From NCBI GenBank assembly GCA_043804695.1, contig JAZDIV010000088.1, positions 1 through 33,868 on the forward strand: a stretch of DNA of 33,868 nucleotides, given 5' to 3'. Position numbers and translations under genes: made by a program. The stretch's first letter is position 1, and each line of letters starts with the position of its first letter. Positions 1-8,219 of the stretch are shown here, piece by piece. The notes under the pieces were generated by a model, which saw only the letters and a program-made list of their open reading frames with translations, was not told where the DNA came from and ran no database searches. The stretch comes from PVC group bacterium. GTDB taxonomy: Bacteria > Auribacterota > Erginobacteria > Erginobacterales > Erginobacteraceae.

Positions 1-210
1 TGAGTATGAGCTTTAATTCTTCCCTAAATCTACAGAGTGCGTGAGGCGTGAATCAGCGAGAAGTGAGTCTCATTTAGAGTGGTCTGCCGGTCCCATCTAA
101 GATTGGACGCTACAATATACCTTCTCCGGGAAGAACCGGAGCTAAAGGTAGGTAAAATCTATGTAAGATTCGGTAATACCCCTCCACCACCTCAGCAATC
201 CGCCGATATA

Positions 211-1245
211 TTATTTGGGGTGTAACACTGAGAGCTTCTTCTCGACGGCGTAAAGCTTGACCCGTTCCTCTTTGCCCCTGAGGACGGACTCGGGGATCGT
301 CTCGATGCGGTAGCGTTCCGCCTCCGAGATCCTCCGGAGCGCGTCCGCCGAAAGCAGCAAATCCCGGTCATAAGCTTTGCCGACCTCCAGGATTCGTTGC
401 GTGGTATTAATCGTGTCGCCCAGAAACGCTACCTCACGTTTGCAGTCACCAACTTCTCCCGCAGTGACCTTCCCGCAATGGAGTGATGCCCGAAAACGGG
501 GGAAGGTCCCGAATCTTTGCAGGTATTCGTCCTTGTTCCGCTTGATGCGGTCTCTGATGGAGAAAAAACACTCAAGCCAGGAATCGCCCGATTCTCCTTC
601 CGCCAGCGCCCACGTTACAATCACTTCATCGCCGACATACTTGTAGATCTCGCCTTTTGTCGCGAGGATTGCGTCCGATATATCGCACCAGAACCTATGA
701 ATGAGCTGGTGAAATTTTGCATTGCCGATTTTCTCTGCCAACGCAGTTGACGAAACGAGATCGGCGAACATAAACATCCTGGTTTCTTCGACCGGTCGGC
801 GATAGCGGCCGGTGAACAGGCAGAGGAAAGCCTGCTTTCCAAGGGCCCGGCGCAGCGAGACAACGGTGCTGGCAGAGAAGCTTACCGTCAGCGTGATCAG
901 GATTGTGATGAAAAGAGGCCGGGCCTGAACAAAAAGGCTGGAAATCCTGCCCGTGAAAGTGAAGCGGGACACGATTATGACGGTCACCCCGACCAGGGCG
1001 AATACGATGGTTCTCGTTAGCAAAACGAGGACAAAGGGCAGCCGGTTGAGTTTGCGAAAGAAGATAAAATCGGCAGCAATGCAGGCGAAGGCGATGAAAA
1101 ACCCGCTGACTCCTGACCGGAGGATAGGCCCCGCCGCCAGTCGCCAATCCCGAATGGCCGGGTAGACTGCCCCAACGAAAAAGCTCGCGAGAAGTACCGC
1201 CGAGACAAAGCTTGCTTCCTGTCGTATTCTCGGGGTCAGTTTCAC
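211..1245 (-). CDS. Membrane-anchored class III adenylate/guanylate cyclase
   Basis: Four hydrophobic N-terminal segments, then cyclase motifs MFADLVSST, YKYVGDEV and FLGDTINTTQRI. Confidence 0.88.
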   Translation of the reverse strand: MKLTPRIRQEASFVSAVLLASFFVGAVYPAIRDWRLAAGPILRSGVSGFFIAFACIAADFIFFRKLNRLPFVLVLLTRTIVFALVGVTVIIVSRFTFTGRISSLFVQARPLFITILITLTVSFSASTVVSLRRALGKQAFLCLFTGRYRRPVEETRMFMFADLVSSTALAEKIGNAKFHQLIHRFWCDISDAILATKGEIYKYVGDEVIVTWALAEGESGDSWLECFFSIRDRIKRNKDEYLQRFGTFPRFRASLHCGKVTAGEVGDCKREVAFLGDTINTTQRILEVGKAYDRDLLLSADALRRISEAERYRIETIPESVLRGKEERVKLYAVEKKLSVLHPK

Positions 1246-1530
1246 AGGTGCTCCCAGATCGCAACCGTAACCGGCGGCCGATGCTCGGGCTGAGGGGATG
1301 TGAGGGTCTAAAACGCTTAATGCTCAGTTCCGTTTATTCAATTCGCTGCGAAATTAATCCCGCCCCGATCTTCCTAATCAGTCTTTGGGTTGGATTTGAA
1401 AATTCTCAATTTCCCAGGTTGATCTTCCGCCGGGGCTAAGAGATTGAGCCGATGAAATTATTCTCCTCTCGATTGGGATAGTCAACGAGATTTGATCCTG
1501 GACTTTTCCCGTTTTTTCGAGATGTATACT

Positions 1531-1731
1531 TTATCCATTGAAGAGTATTTGTTTTACTCCAATGCCCTGCACCCGAGAATCCTCTCTCTTCCTCTTGGAT
1601 TTCAGTGTGATCTCGAATGTTTTCCCGACTGCGGTGATCATGGGGAGTGCCTCTGTGGGTTCGGGTTGGTTCTCGGCGGTGCAGGTAAAGACGGACTGGA
1701 AAAGGAGGACGGGGATCAGAAGGGTTTTCAT
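1531..1731 (-). pseudogene. Possible truncated secreted chagasin/I42-like protease inhibitor
   Basis: Signal-like N-terminus, then VGKTFEITLKS resembling the I42 first strand; the NPTTGY motif is absent and the ORF is only 66 aa. Confidence 0.35.
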
Positions 1732-1787
1732 TTATTGTTATGGCTACCGATACTTGACCGTTTAAGATGGATACGTCAAAAACCTGA

Positions 1788-2084
1788 TCATATATAATGT
1801 TCTGCCCGTTCAGTAAGACATTCATCCTCACCCATTTGAAATTCTCTGCAAAGCAATGGACGATTATCATAAATTTTGCACATCATGGTCCCGCGATCGA
1901 GAGCGGCACACCACCCATCGTCCAGGTGTGCCATTATTTGGCCTCCCCACGAGTCAGTATCGATAAGGTGTTCCGGAACCCCTGTATCGGTGGTCAACCT
2001 TACTTCCAAACGACAACAACAGGCTCGACAATTCGCGCATGTTTTCTTCGGTTCAGCTATGATTCTTACTTCAATTGTCATCAA
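1788..2084 (-). CDS. YkgJ-family cysteine-cluster (Zn/Fe-chelating) protein
   Basis: CANCRACCC ... WCAALD ... CKIYDNRPLLCREF pattern. Confidence 0.85.
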   Translation of the reverse strand: MMTIEVRIIAEPKKTCANCRACCCRLEVRLTTDTGVPEHLIDTDSWGGQIMAHLDDGWCAALDRGTMMCKIYDNRPLLCREFQMGEDECLTERAEHYI

Positions 2085-2344
2085 TCACTACTGGAGTTTT
2101 TCAAGGTTATTTACCCATTAGGATTATGCCATTTAGGAGAAAAATAGCTAAATTATGTGGCCATAACGCCGTGGCATTGGATCGGATTGTCCACTGCGGA
2201 CCGCAAGTATCTAACAGCGGATTGTTGGGAACTTTGCCGACGCTCACTTGTCTCGAATTATGACTCCCGCTACCCCTAGTGGAAAATTACCCCAACTGGA
2301 TGGGGATTGTACTGCCGGATATCGGATCCAGCAATGGGAAACTG

Positions 2345-2492
2345 GGGAATTGGGTGCTGAGGGTGGAGGGGAATTGTATAAAAGTTTTTTAATTTTCGTA
2401 TACCTTTCTCTCGGCGGGAAACGGGAGAAGGGTATCTGGAAAATAAAAAAAGTTTATTGGGGAGACCTCCACCCCCTCAACCCCGATTTCCC
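2345..2492 (+). repeat. About 150-nt imperfect inverted repeat upstream of the first HTH gene
   Basis: TGAGGGTGGAGG pairs with CCTCCACCCCCTCA, the AT-rich arms pair, and ATACCTTTCTCTCG pairs with CGGGAGAAGGGTAT using G-T wobbles. Confidence 0.65.
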
Positions 2493-2537
2493 GGAAAATT
2501 TCCGAGAAATTGGACTATAGGGAAGGAGATCAGTCAA

Positions 2538-2762
2538 ATGGACCCCGAAAAGACCATGAAGACCTTTCTGAACGAAGCCGAAGCCTGTGAATTCTGTAAC
2601 GTCAGTAAGACGACATTCCGACGGGCGGTGAACCTGGGACGCATACCCTATTGTATCTTCCCCGGCAGCACGAAGAAACTATTCCACCGGGAGACGATTG
2701 AGAAGGTGGTGAAGAGTAATAGAAGGAAGGGATTAGTCCCGGATGACTTCATAAGACCGTAG
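2538..2762 (+). CDS. Excisionase-like helix-turn-helix DNA-binding protein
   Basis: AAGGAG RBS before ATG 2538; FLNEAEACEFCNVSKTTFRRAVNLGRIP is an HTH_17/AlpA-like pattern. Confidence 0.75.
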   Translation: MDPEKTMKTFLNEAEACEFCNVSKTTFRRAVNLGRIPYCIFPGSTKKLFHRETIEKVVKSNRRKGLVPDDFIRP

Positions 2763-2766
2763 CCCT

Positions 2767-3042
2767 GCTACAAGTGCTACACTTGGCTACAAATGGTGCT
2801 ACACATAAGTACTTATAAATTAATATATTATATAAAATATAGGTATATGTAGCACCTGTAGCACGAAAAAAACTTCCCCACGAAATCTAGGATTTAACCC
2901 TGGAAAATCAGGGCTGTCATACTTTCAGATCCCGTGCGGTGCTACAAGTGCTACAACCCCCGAAAATCGGCGTAACAGCCTTGGAATGAGTGGGATCGGT
3001 GTAGCACCGCCCCCTGCTACAATGGTGCTACACGGGGCTACA
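2767..3042. repeat. Iteron-like GCTACA hexamer cluster (12 copies) around an AT-rich core; putative replication origin
   Basis: GCTACA at 2767, 2776, 2786, 2798, 2941, 2950, 3016, 3027 and 3037; inverse TGTAGC at 2848, 2857 and 3000; AT-rich tract at about 2805-2847. Confidence 0.7.
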
Positions 3043-3130
3043 AACCTTGGTTACCTGCGGAGTGGTGGAAAATTTCCATGAGCGGAAAGCTGGGGGGTAG
3101 ATATTACGGCAGTTATTGTTCTTTCACTCG

Positions 3131-3538
3131 TTACCCTTTGTCTTCGATAGATGGTACGTATTTTCTAATTCTGACGTGGCCAAGGCCGTGACTCTGCTTC
3201 GGGGGAGGTAACTTCTCCACGGTCACGCGGTATACCTGACTGTCGTTCGGGATAATTGGGTTGCGTTTCCGAATTCTCTTTGGTCCGCCCACCCTTCCCT
3301 GGAGAGCGTCCAGAATATCCTTGAGTCTGTTGTCCACATCGTGGATGACCAAGGCCGGCCCATCGAGGTATAGACGCACGTCGATCTGGAGACGGTCCTC
3401 TTCCGAATATGTCACACGGCAATGCTTGGCCTTCTGTGTGGCGAATTCGTGAATCTGAGTGCGCCAGAGATTACGGGGCGTGACATACGATGGAATCCGA
3501 AACTTGAGAGTGAGCCGACGTTTCGCCATCTTGTTCAT
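3131..3538 (-). CDS. rusA: RusA-family Holliday junction resolvase-like protein
   Basis: HDVDNRLKDILDALQG ... IIPNDSQVYRV catalytic signature. Confidence 0.8.
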   Translation of the reverse strand: MNKMAKRRLTLKFRIPSYVTPRNLWRTQIHEFATQKAKHCRVTYSEEDRLQIDVRLYLDGPALVIHDVDNRLKDILDALQGRVGGPKRIRKRNPIIPNDSQVYRVTVEKLPPPKQSHGLGHVRIRKYVPSIEDKG

Positions 3539-3720
3539 CTCTACCCTTGGTGGAAAGTTGCCACAAGTGAAAGACGTAATGACTGAATAATTTTACGCCC
3601 ACCTGTCGGTGTTATCAATGGAAAACATAGAGATTCGGGAATAAGAGGATTCTCCTTTCGGGAAACCGTAGCTCATGATACCGTCTCCCCAACAAGGAAC
3701 ATCGCCAACAATGAAATCAG

Positions 3721-3924
3721 ATGATCGGTTACTTGACGGTACAGGAGATAGCCGACTATCTCCAAGTATCCACACAGACGATTTACCACTGGAGTTCAGA
3801 AGGAAGGATTCCATGCGTCAAATTCAGCGGACGGTGTATAAGGTTTGATCTGGAGAAAGTAAAGAAGTGGCTGGCGACTATGGAGCAGAAGGGGAGACCG
3901 ACCAGAAGGATACCCGTTGAATAA
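3721..3924 (+). CDS. Excisionase-family HTH DNA-binding protein
   Basis: YLTVQEIADYLQVSTQTIYHW ... GRIPCVKFSGRCIRFD. Confidence 0.88.
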   Translation: MIGYLTVQEIADYLQVSTQTIYHWSSEGRIPCVKFSGRCIRFDLEKVKKWLATMEQKGRPTRRIPVE

Positions 3925-3934
3925 CAGGTCAAAG

Positions 3935-4390
3935 ATGATGAATGCAATCAAGGTACTGACGGTTCTGCTGGTTATTATTGCGGCAGCTGGATGCGGGGAG
4001 AAGGTGGAACAGAAGGTAGTCGATGACGACCAACTTATTGAGCTTGATGGTCTTCAGTACGAAGTAAACTCCGAGGAACCGTTCACTGGTAAGGCAGTCC
4101 TATATTGGCCAAATGGACAGAAGTCAATGGAGAGCGAGTTCCGAGACGGTAAGGAGCACGGGAAATTTAACTGTTGGAACGAGAACGGACAGAAGATGGA
4201 TGAGTTTGAGTATTGTGACGGCAAGTTGATGAAGTGGTTCTCATGGTATGAGAGCGGTCAGAAGAAGCGTGAGCTTGAGGTTCATGATAACGGGGTAGTC
4301 AGCAAAAAATGCTGGGATAAGCACGGGAACCATATCGACTGTGAAGAACTATGGAAGAAGGAAAATGAACCGGAGATCAGGGCTTATTAA
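3935..4390 (+). CDS. MORN-variant repeat (YwqK-like) lipoprotein
   Basis: Lipobox-like IIAAAGC; repeats of WYENGQK..E.EF.DG; start placed at ATG 3935 or 3938. Confidence 0.8.
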   Translation: MMNAIKVLTVLLVIIAAAGCGEKVEQKVVDDDQLIELDGLQYEVNSEEPFTGKAVLYWPNGQKSMESEFRDGKEHGKFNCWNENGQKMDEFEYCDGKLMKWFSWYESGQKKRELEVHDNGVVSKKCWDKHGNHIDCEELWKKENEPEIRAY

Positions 4391-4393
4391 CCG

Positions 4394-4807
4394 ATGACGA
4401 AGACAATCAAGCTATTAACGGTACTAATGGCTATCCTTGCGGTGACAAGATGTGGGGAGAAGGTTGTCGATCCAGACCAAACGGTTAAAAGGGGTGGTCT
4501 TCTGTACGAAGTGCACTCCGAGACACCGTTCACGGGGAAGGTAGTCTCATACTATCACAACGACCAAAAATCGGGCGAAGGCGAGTTTCGAGACGGCAAG
4601 CCGCACGGAAAGATGACAAAATGGTATGAGGACGGGCAGAAGAAGGTAGCGAGTGAGTTCCGAGACGGCGAGGTGTACGGGACGTTAACCGAATGGTACG
4701 AGAATGGCCAGAAGAAAGCTGAAGAGGAGTTCCTGGACGGCGAGTGGATCAGCAGAAAATGCTGGGACAAGAATGGGAAGCCAATCGATTGCCCTGACTT
4801 ATTTTAA
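4394..4807 (+). CDS. MORN-variant repeat (YwqK-like) lipoprotein, paralog of the upstream gene
   Basis: Same architecture: CGEKV, PFTGK, WYEDGQKK and KCWDKNG.PIDC. Confidence 0.8.
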   Translation: MTKTIKLLTVLMAILAVTRCGEKVVDPDQTVKRGGLLYEVHSETPFTGKVVSYYHNDQKSGEGEFRDGKPHGKMTKWYEDGQKKVASEFRDGEVYGTLTEWYENGQKKAEEEFLDGEWISRKCWDKNGKPIDCPDLF

Positions 4808-4918
4808 ATATCCCCTGCCAGATAGCAGTCAAAACACCGAGCTATAACGGAGTATATTTACTGACACAGAGGCCGTAGAAACCCCTGTTTTCTGTGTTAC
4901 TCTCCTGATTTGGTTATC

Positions 4919-4993
4919 CTACCTCGTCACCGGAACATCGCCGGAGCTTCCGAAGTACGCCCGTGAGATTCCCTTGATGGCCCACAATCCGGA
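4919..4993 (-). pseudogene. Orphan 3' fragment of a C-terminal FG-GAP-like repeat protein
   Basis: Translates as SGLWAIKGISRAYFGSSGDVPVTR-stop, matching the end of 23714..26368 (IGLWAIRSLTRIYFGGSGDIPATR-stop). Confidence 0.8.
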
Positions 4994-5062
4994 CAACAAC
5001 GGAGAGCTAAGCTGCCCATACCCGCACTGCAGGTATGGGTCAGCTTGAGCGCGTGGTTAGAA
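4994..5062 (-). mobile_element. attC: Integron attC recombination site (isolated)
   Basis: Minus strand reads TTCTAAC-cacgc-GCT(C)AAGCTG(A)CCCATACC-loop-GGTATGGGCAGCTTAGC-tctcc-GTT: AAC/GTT ends, 5-nt unpaired spacers and the two canonical extrahelical bases. Confidence 0.8.
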
Positions 5063-5151
5063 AGAGATCGTTTTATGACAGCTGATTTTGTTACTACGTT
5101 AAAAAGGTGGTAACCAGTTAATTTCTTCCCGGCACTTTTCTTGAAAACATC

Positions 5152-5179
5152 TTGCCCATTACATAAAAATCATTATAGT
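5152..5179 (+). promoter_or_regulatory. Possible sigma70 promoter of the tRNA
   Basis: TTGCCC-16 nt-TATAGT about 45 nt upstream of the tRNA. Confidence 0.4.
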
Positions 5180-5222
5180 AATAGACACATACACATATCT
5201 TTTTTTACCGGAGGTAAAAAAA

Positions 5223-5296
5223 GGGCCCGTAGCTCAGTCGGTTAGAGCACCGGACTCATAATCCGATGGTCGTAGGTTCGAGTCCTACCGGGCCCA
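5223..5296 (+). tRNA. ileX: tRNA-Ile2 (CAT anticodon, lysidine type); CCA not encoded
   Basis: Cloverleaf with GGGCCCG/CGGGCCC acceptor stem, discriminator A, CTCATAA loop and GGTTCGAGTCC T-arm; resembles Ile2 rather than initiator or elongator Met. Confidence 0.88.
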
Positions 5297-5323
5297 TTGG
5301 TTACGAGTTCACGCGTGAACTCG

Positions 5324-5540
5324 CAAATCCCAATATACAAGTTCCTCAGCCAAAGGCTTCAGCCCGAGGCTGATCCGCCTCTGGCGGAGATCAGCCTCCG
5401 GCTGAAAATAGCAAACAAATTCAAAATCACAAATAACAAACCCGCGTGTTTCATCTTTCTCTATCGAAGTACGCGTGTTGCACATGGCCGAGCAGGCGAT
5501 TACCCGTATTCGGGGTATTTGTTTGGAATTTGGAATTTAC
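5324..5540. repeat. Heptamer-periodic inverted-repeat element carrying a nested pair of 30-nt double hairpins (5346-5405)
   Basis: AAATCCC/AAGTTCC/AAATAGC/AAATTCA/AAATCAC/AAATAAC units on the left and TTTGGAATTTGGAATTT on the right. Confidence 0.6.
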
Positions 5541-5599
5541 CCAAGATATAGTACAGAATAGAAGGGTATTCAGGTCCCCGAATACAAATCAGGGAAAGG

Positions 5600-5992
5600 G
5601 TGATCAAGATGAAGGCATTCTACTGGCTGATCATTATCATGGACATCACCCTGATGTTTCTGCTCTGGCTCTACATCTACGATCTCTATATCCAGGACCG
5701 CCTCGATCTGGCCGATTATCCCTCCCATATTTTTCAGTCCGACCAGGCGATACCCATTCTCGGACTGGGGGTCATCCTCAACACCGGGGCCATCATCTAT
5801 TTCATCGCCGATACCCACCGCCGCCGGCGGGAGGAGGAGAAGGACATGATGACCGCGAAAAATCCCCGGTACCTCGAAAACGTGGCGGACCAGAACGAGA
5901 TCAAAGAACTGGAGGATGAACTCGAGCAGATCGTGGAACGGATGGAAGAGTTAAGGAAGATACACGCCCAGAAGAAAAAAGACGTGTTATGA
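5600..5992 (+). CDS. Hypothetical membrane protein (2 TM helices plus C-terminal coiled coil)
   Basis: Two hydrophobic helices, charged tail and host-like codon usage; stop overlaps the next start (ATGA). Confidence 0.7.
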   Translation: MIKMKAFYWLIIIMDITLMFLLWLYIYDLYIQDRLDLADYPSHIFQSDQAIPILGLGVILNTGAIIYFIADTHRRRREEEKDMMTAKNPRYLENVADQNEIKELEDELEQIVERMEELRKIHAQKKKDVL

Positions 5993-8025
5993 CTTCTATC
6001 GTACCGGTTCGATCCAGTTCTCAGGTGATAATTATCACATCCCTCAGCCTTCTCGGCGGGGAGATCTTTCCCTCCGACGAGGAGAGCCGTCTCTTGCTGT
6101 ATGATCCCCTCCACCTGAATCAGCCCCCCTGGCTGAAGGCCGCTCAGGCCGGCAACAGGCTCTGGGAGGAAGGCGACGAAGCGGGCGCCGTCCGGGAGTG
6201 GGAACAGGCCGTCTCGCAGGGGTTCAGTGACGGCCTGGCCTTTTATTACCTGGGGCGGCACTATGCCCGGATGAATGATTGGGACCAGGCGATCGACTAC
6301 CTCCGGAAAGCCAAGCCCCGGCTGGAGTCAAAGGAGGAAGACCGGGGGATGCTGCTTTCCGCCTACGAGATGCTGGCCGTGGCCTACATGAAAAAACGGG
6401 AGTACTATGAGTCGTACATCCATTACCAGAAAGCCCTGCGTCTCGATCCTGACTCGCCCTCCCTTCACCTCGGCCTCGCCAATCTGTACCTGACCCGGGG
6501 CAAACTCGACGACGCTGAGAGGGAGGCGGCCCGGGCGCTGGTCGTCGCCCCGTCAATCGCCGGGGCCTGCCGGATTATGGCGCTGGCGGCGGAAAAACGG
6601 GGGGACTATGCCGCCGCGGTCGAGAATTACCGGTGCTACCTGGAAGCCGTGCCGGACGGGTGGGAAGCCCGGCTCTCCCTCGGTTTGATCCTGAATTTTC
6701 AGCTTGATCAGACCGACGATGCCGAGAAGGAGCTGCAGAAAGTGGCGGCCCAGGGGCCGGATGACGCCCGGGCTCCCGCCGCGCTCGGTGAAATTTTTCT
6801 CGGCCGGGGAGACCTGGCGGCCGCCCGGGCGGCGGCGGACCGCGCCCTGAAAATCGATCCGGCAAACTATCAGGCCCTGGTCATCCGGGGGCAGGTATAC
6901 CTCCAGGAAGGGGATCCCCCCTCTGCCGAGCGCTACTTCAAGGACGCCCTGCGGGTCAACCCGGAAGGGGCGCTGGCCCTTTATGGGATGGGGATTATCC
7001 TTTTTCAGCGCAAGGAGTACCAGGAGGCGGAGAGCCATTTTCGGAATGCCGTTCGCCAGGTCCCGCAGTTCCGGGAAGCCGCCCTCAACCGGGCGCTGGT
7101 TCTGAATATGCTGGGTCGGAGGGAAGAAGCCCTCCGGGAACTGGAGGAGGTGGCGGCCCGGAACCCCGAGTTTGCCCCGGCCCATCTCGCCCTGGGCCGG
7201 ATCTACTATTACTCCGGGCAGGCCGACAAGGCGCTCCCGCTGTTTCAAAACGCCCTCGCCCTGGACCGGACTTCCTGGGAGCCGTACCATTTCATCGGGA
7301 AGTGCCTTCTGGATCAGGGCCGGGACGAGGCGGCGCTGGAATATCTCCTGTGGGCCCGTGAGAAAGAGAGCGGCAATCCTCTCCTCCTCACCGACCTGGC
7401 CCTGGCCTACGAGAGATCCGGGAAGGCAGATCTCGCGGAGTCTTCCCTGGAGGAGGCGCTGGCGGCGAACCCCGGCTTCCTGCCCGCCCTGATCAAGCTG
7501 GCCTTTTTGAAAGCGCGGGGGGATGACCCATCGTCCGCCGCCCGGTTCTACCGGCAGGCGCTGATTATTAAACCGGGGGATGTGCAGTGGGCCTACCAGG
7601 GGGAGGAGAAGAATTTCCTGGTCCGGATGATCTCCGGGGTGGAGGATTACCTGGGAGGGGGGATCGATTACTTAAGCCTTTTCGCGGTGATGAAAAACAT
7701 ATCGGAGGATCGAGCGATCTTCACCGAGCTGATCCCGATGCTGGAAGAAAAGGCCCGGCTCCATCCCCTCCGGGCCCAGTATCCCCATCTCCTGGGAATG
7801 GCCTGCCAGGAAAAAGGGGAGATGAAGAAAGCCGAAGACTATTTTGTCCGGGCCCTCAAGATCGATTCCGACTTTGCCGCCTCTCATCTCAGCCTGGGGC
7901 AGCTCTATGCCCGGGCGGCCAGGAACCGCGAGGCCCGGGAGCACCTGGGCGCCGTTCTCTCTCTCGTTCCCGAATCATCGCTCATCCCCGCCATCAGGGA
8001 GATTATGGAGAGCCTGCCGGAGTGA
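5989..8025 (+). CDS. Tetratricopeptide repeat protein
   Basis: Many TPR units, for example YQKALRLDPDSPSLHLGLANLY and ALKIDPANYQALVIRGQVY. Confidence 0.9.
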   Translation: MTSIVPVRSSSQVIIITSLSLLGGEIFPSDEESRLLLYDPLHLNQPPWLKAAQAGNRLWEEGDEAGAVREWEQAVSQGFSDGLAFYYLGRHYARMNDWDQAIDYLRKAKPRLESKEEDRGMLLSAYEMLAVAYMKKREYYESYIHYQKALRLDPDSPSLHLGLANLYLTRGKLDDAEREAARALVVAPSIAGACRIMALAAEKRGDYAAAVENYRCYLEAVPDGWEARLSLGLILNFQLDQTDDAEKELQKVAAQGPDDARAPAALGEIFLGRGDLAAARAAADRALKIDPANYQALVIRGQVYLQEGDPPSAERYFKDALRVNPEGALALYGMGIILFQRKEYQEAESHFRNAVRQVPQFREAALNRALVLNMLGRREEALRELEEVAARNPEFAPAHLALGRIYYYSGQADKALPLFQNALALDRTSWEPYHFIGKCLLDQGRDEAALEYLLWAREKESGNPLLLTDLALAYERSGKADLAESSLEEALAANPGFLPALIKLAFLKARGDDPSSAARFYRQALIIKPGDVQWAYQGEEKNFLVRMISGVEDYLGGGIDYLSLFAVMKNISEDRAIFTELIPMLEEKARLHPLRAQYPHLLGMACQEKGEMKKAEDYFVRALKIDSDFAASHLSLGQLYARAARNREAREHLGAVLSLVPESSLIPAIREIMESLPE

Positions 8026-8135
8026 ATATCTTATTTTTCCTCCGGGAAAATAAGAGTGGAATACTTCAAGTCAACGAATAACCGTATTCCAGGAGGCATA
8101 TGTTGGCTGTGGTGAGTAATACTTTTTGCGATGGA

Positions 8136-8217
8136 GCCTCCACGAAGTGATTTTTGTTCAAGCTACAGACCCGACGAAGTCGGGTCCACTATAAAGTAGC
8201 GCCAAAGGCGCCAATTT
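8136..8217 (+). repeat. Leader-like double-hairpin element, family A copy 1
   Basis: GCCTC-N15-GTT...AGACCCGACGAAGTCGGGTCCACTATAAAGTAGCGCCAAAGGCGCCAATTT; also at about 21186 and 28824. Confidence 0.75.
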
Positions 8218-8219
8218 AC

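Noticed and set aside
2160..2230. Second attC upstream of the YkgJ gene
   Set aside because: AAC and GTT triplets are present but there is no convincing paired L boxes or stem.
5223..5296. tRNA as the island attachment site, or tRNA-Met
   Set aside because: The island lies 5' of the tRNA and I found no duplicated tRNA fragment in the window. The fully paired G1-C72 and overall sequence fit Ile2 rather than fMet.
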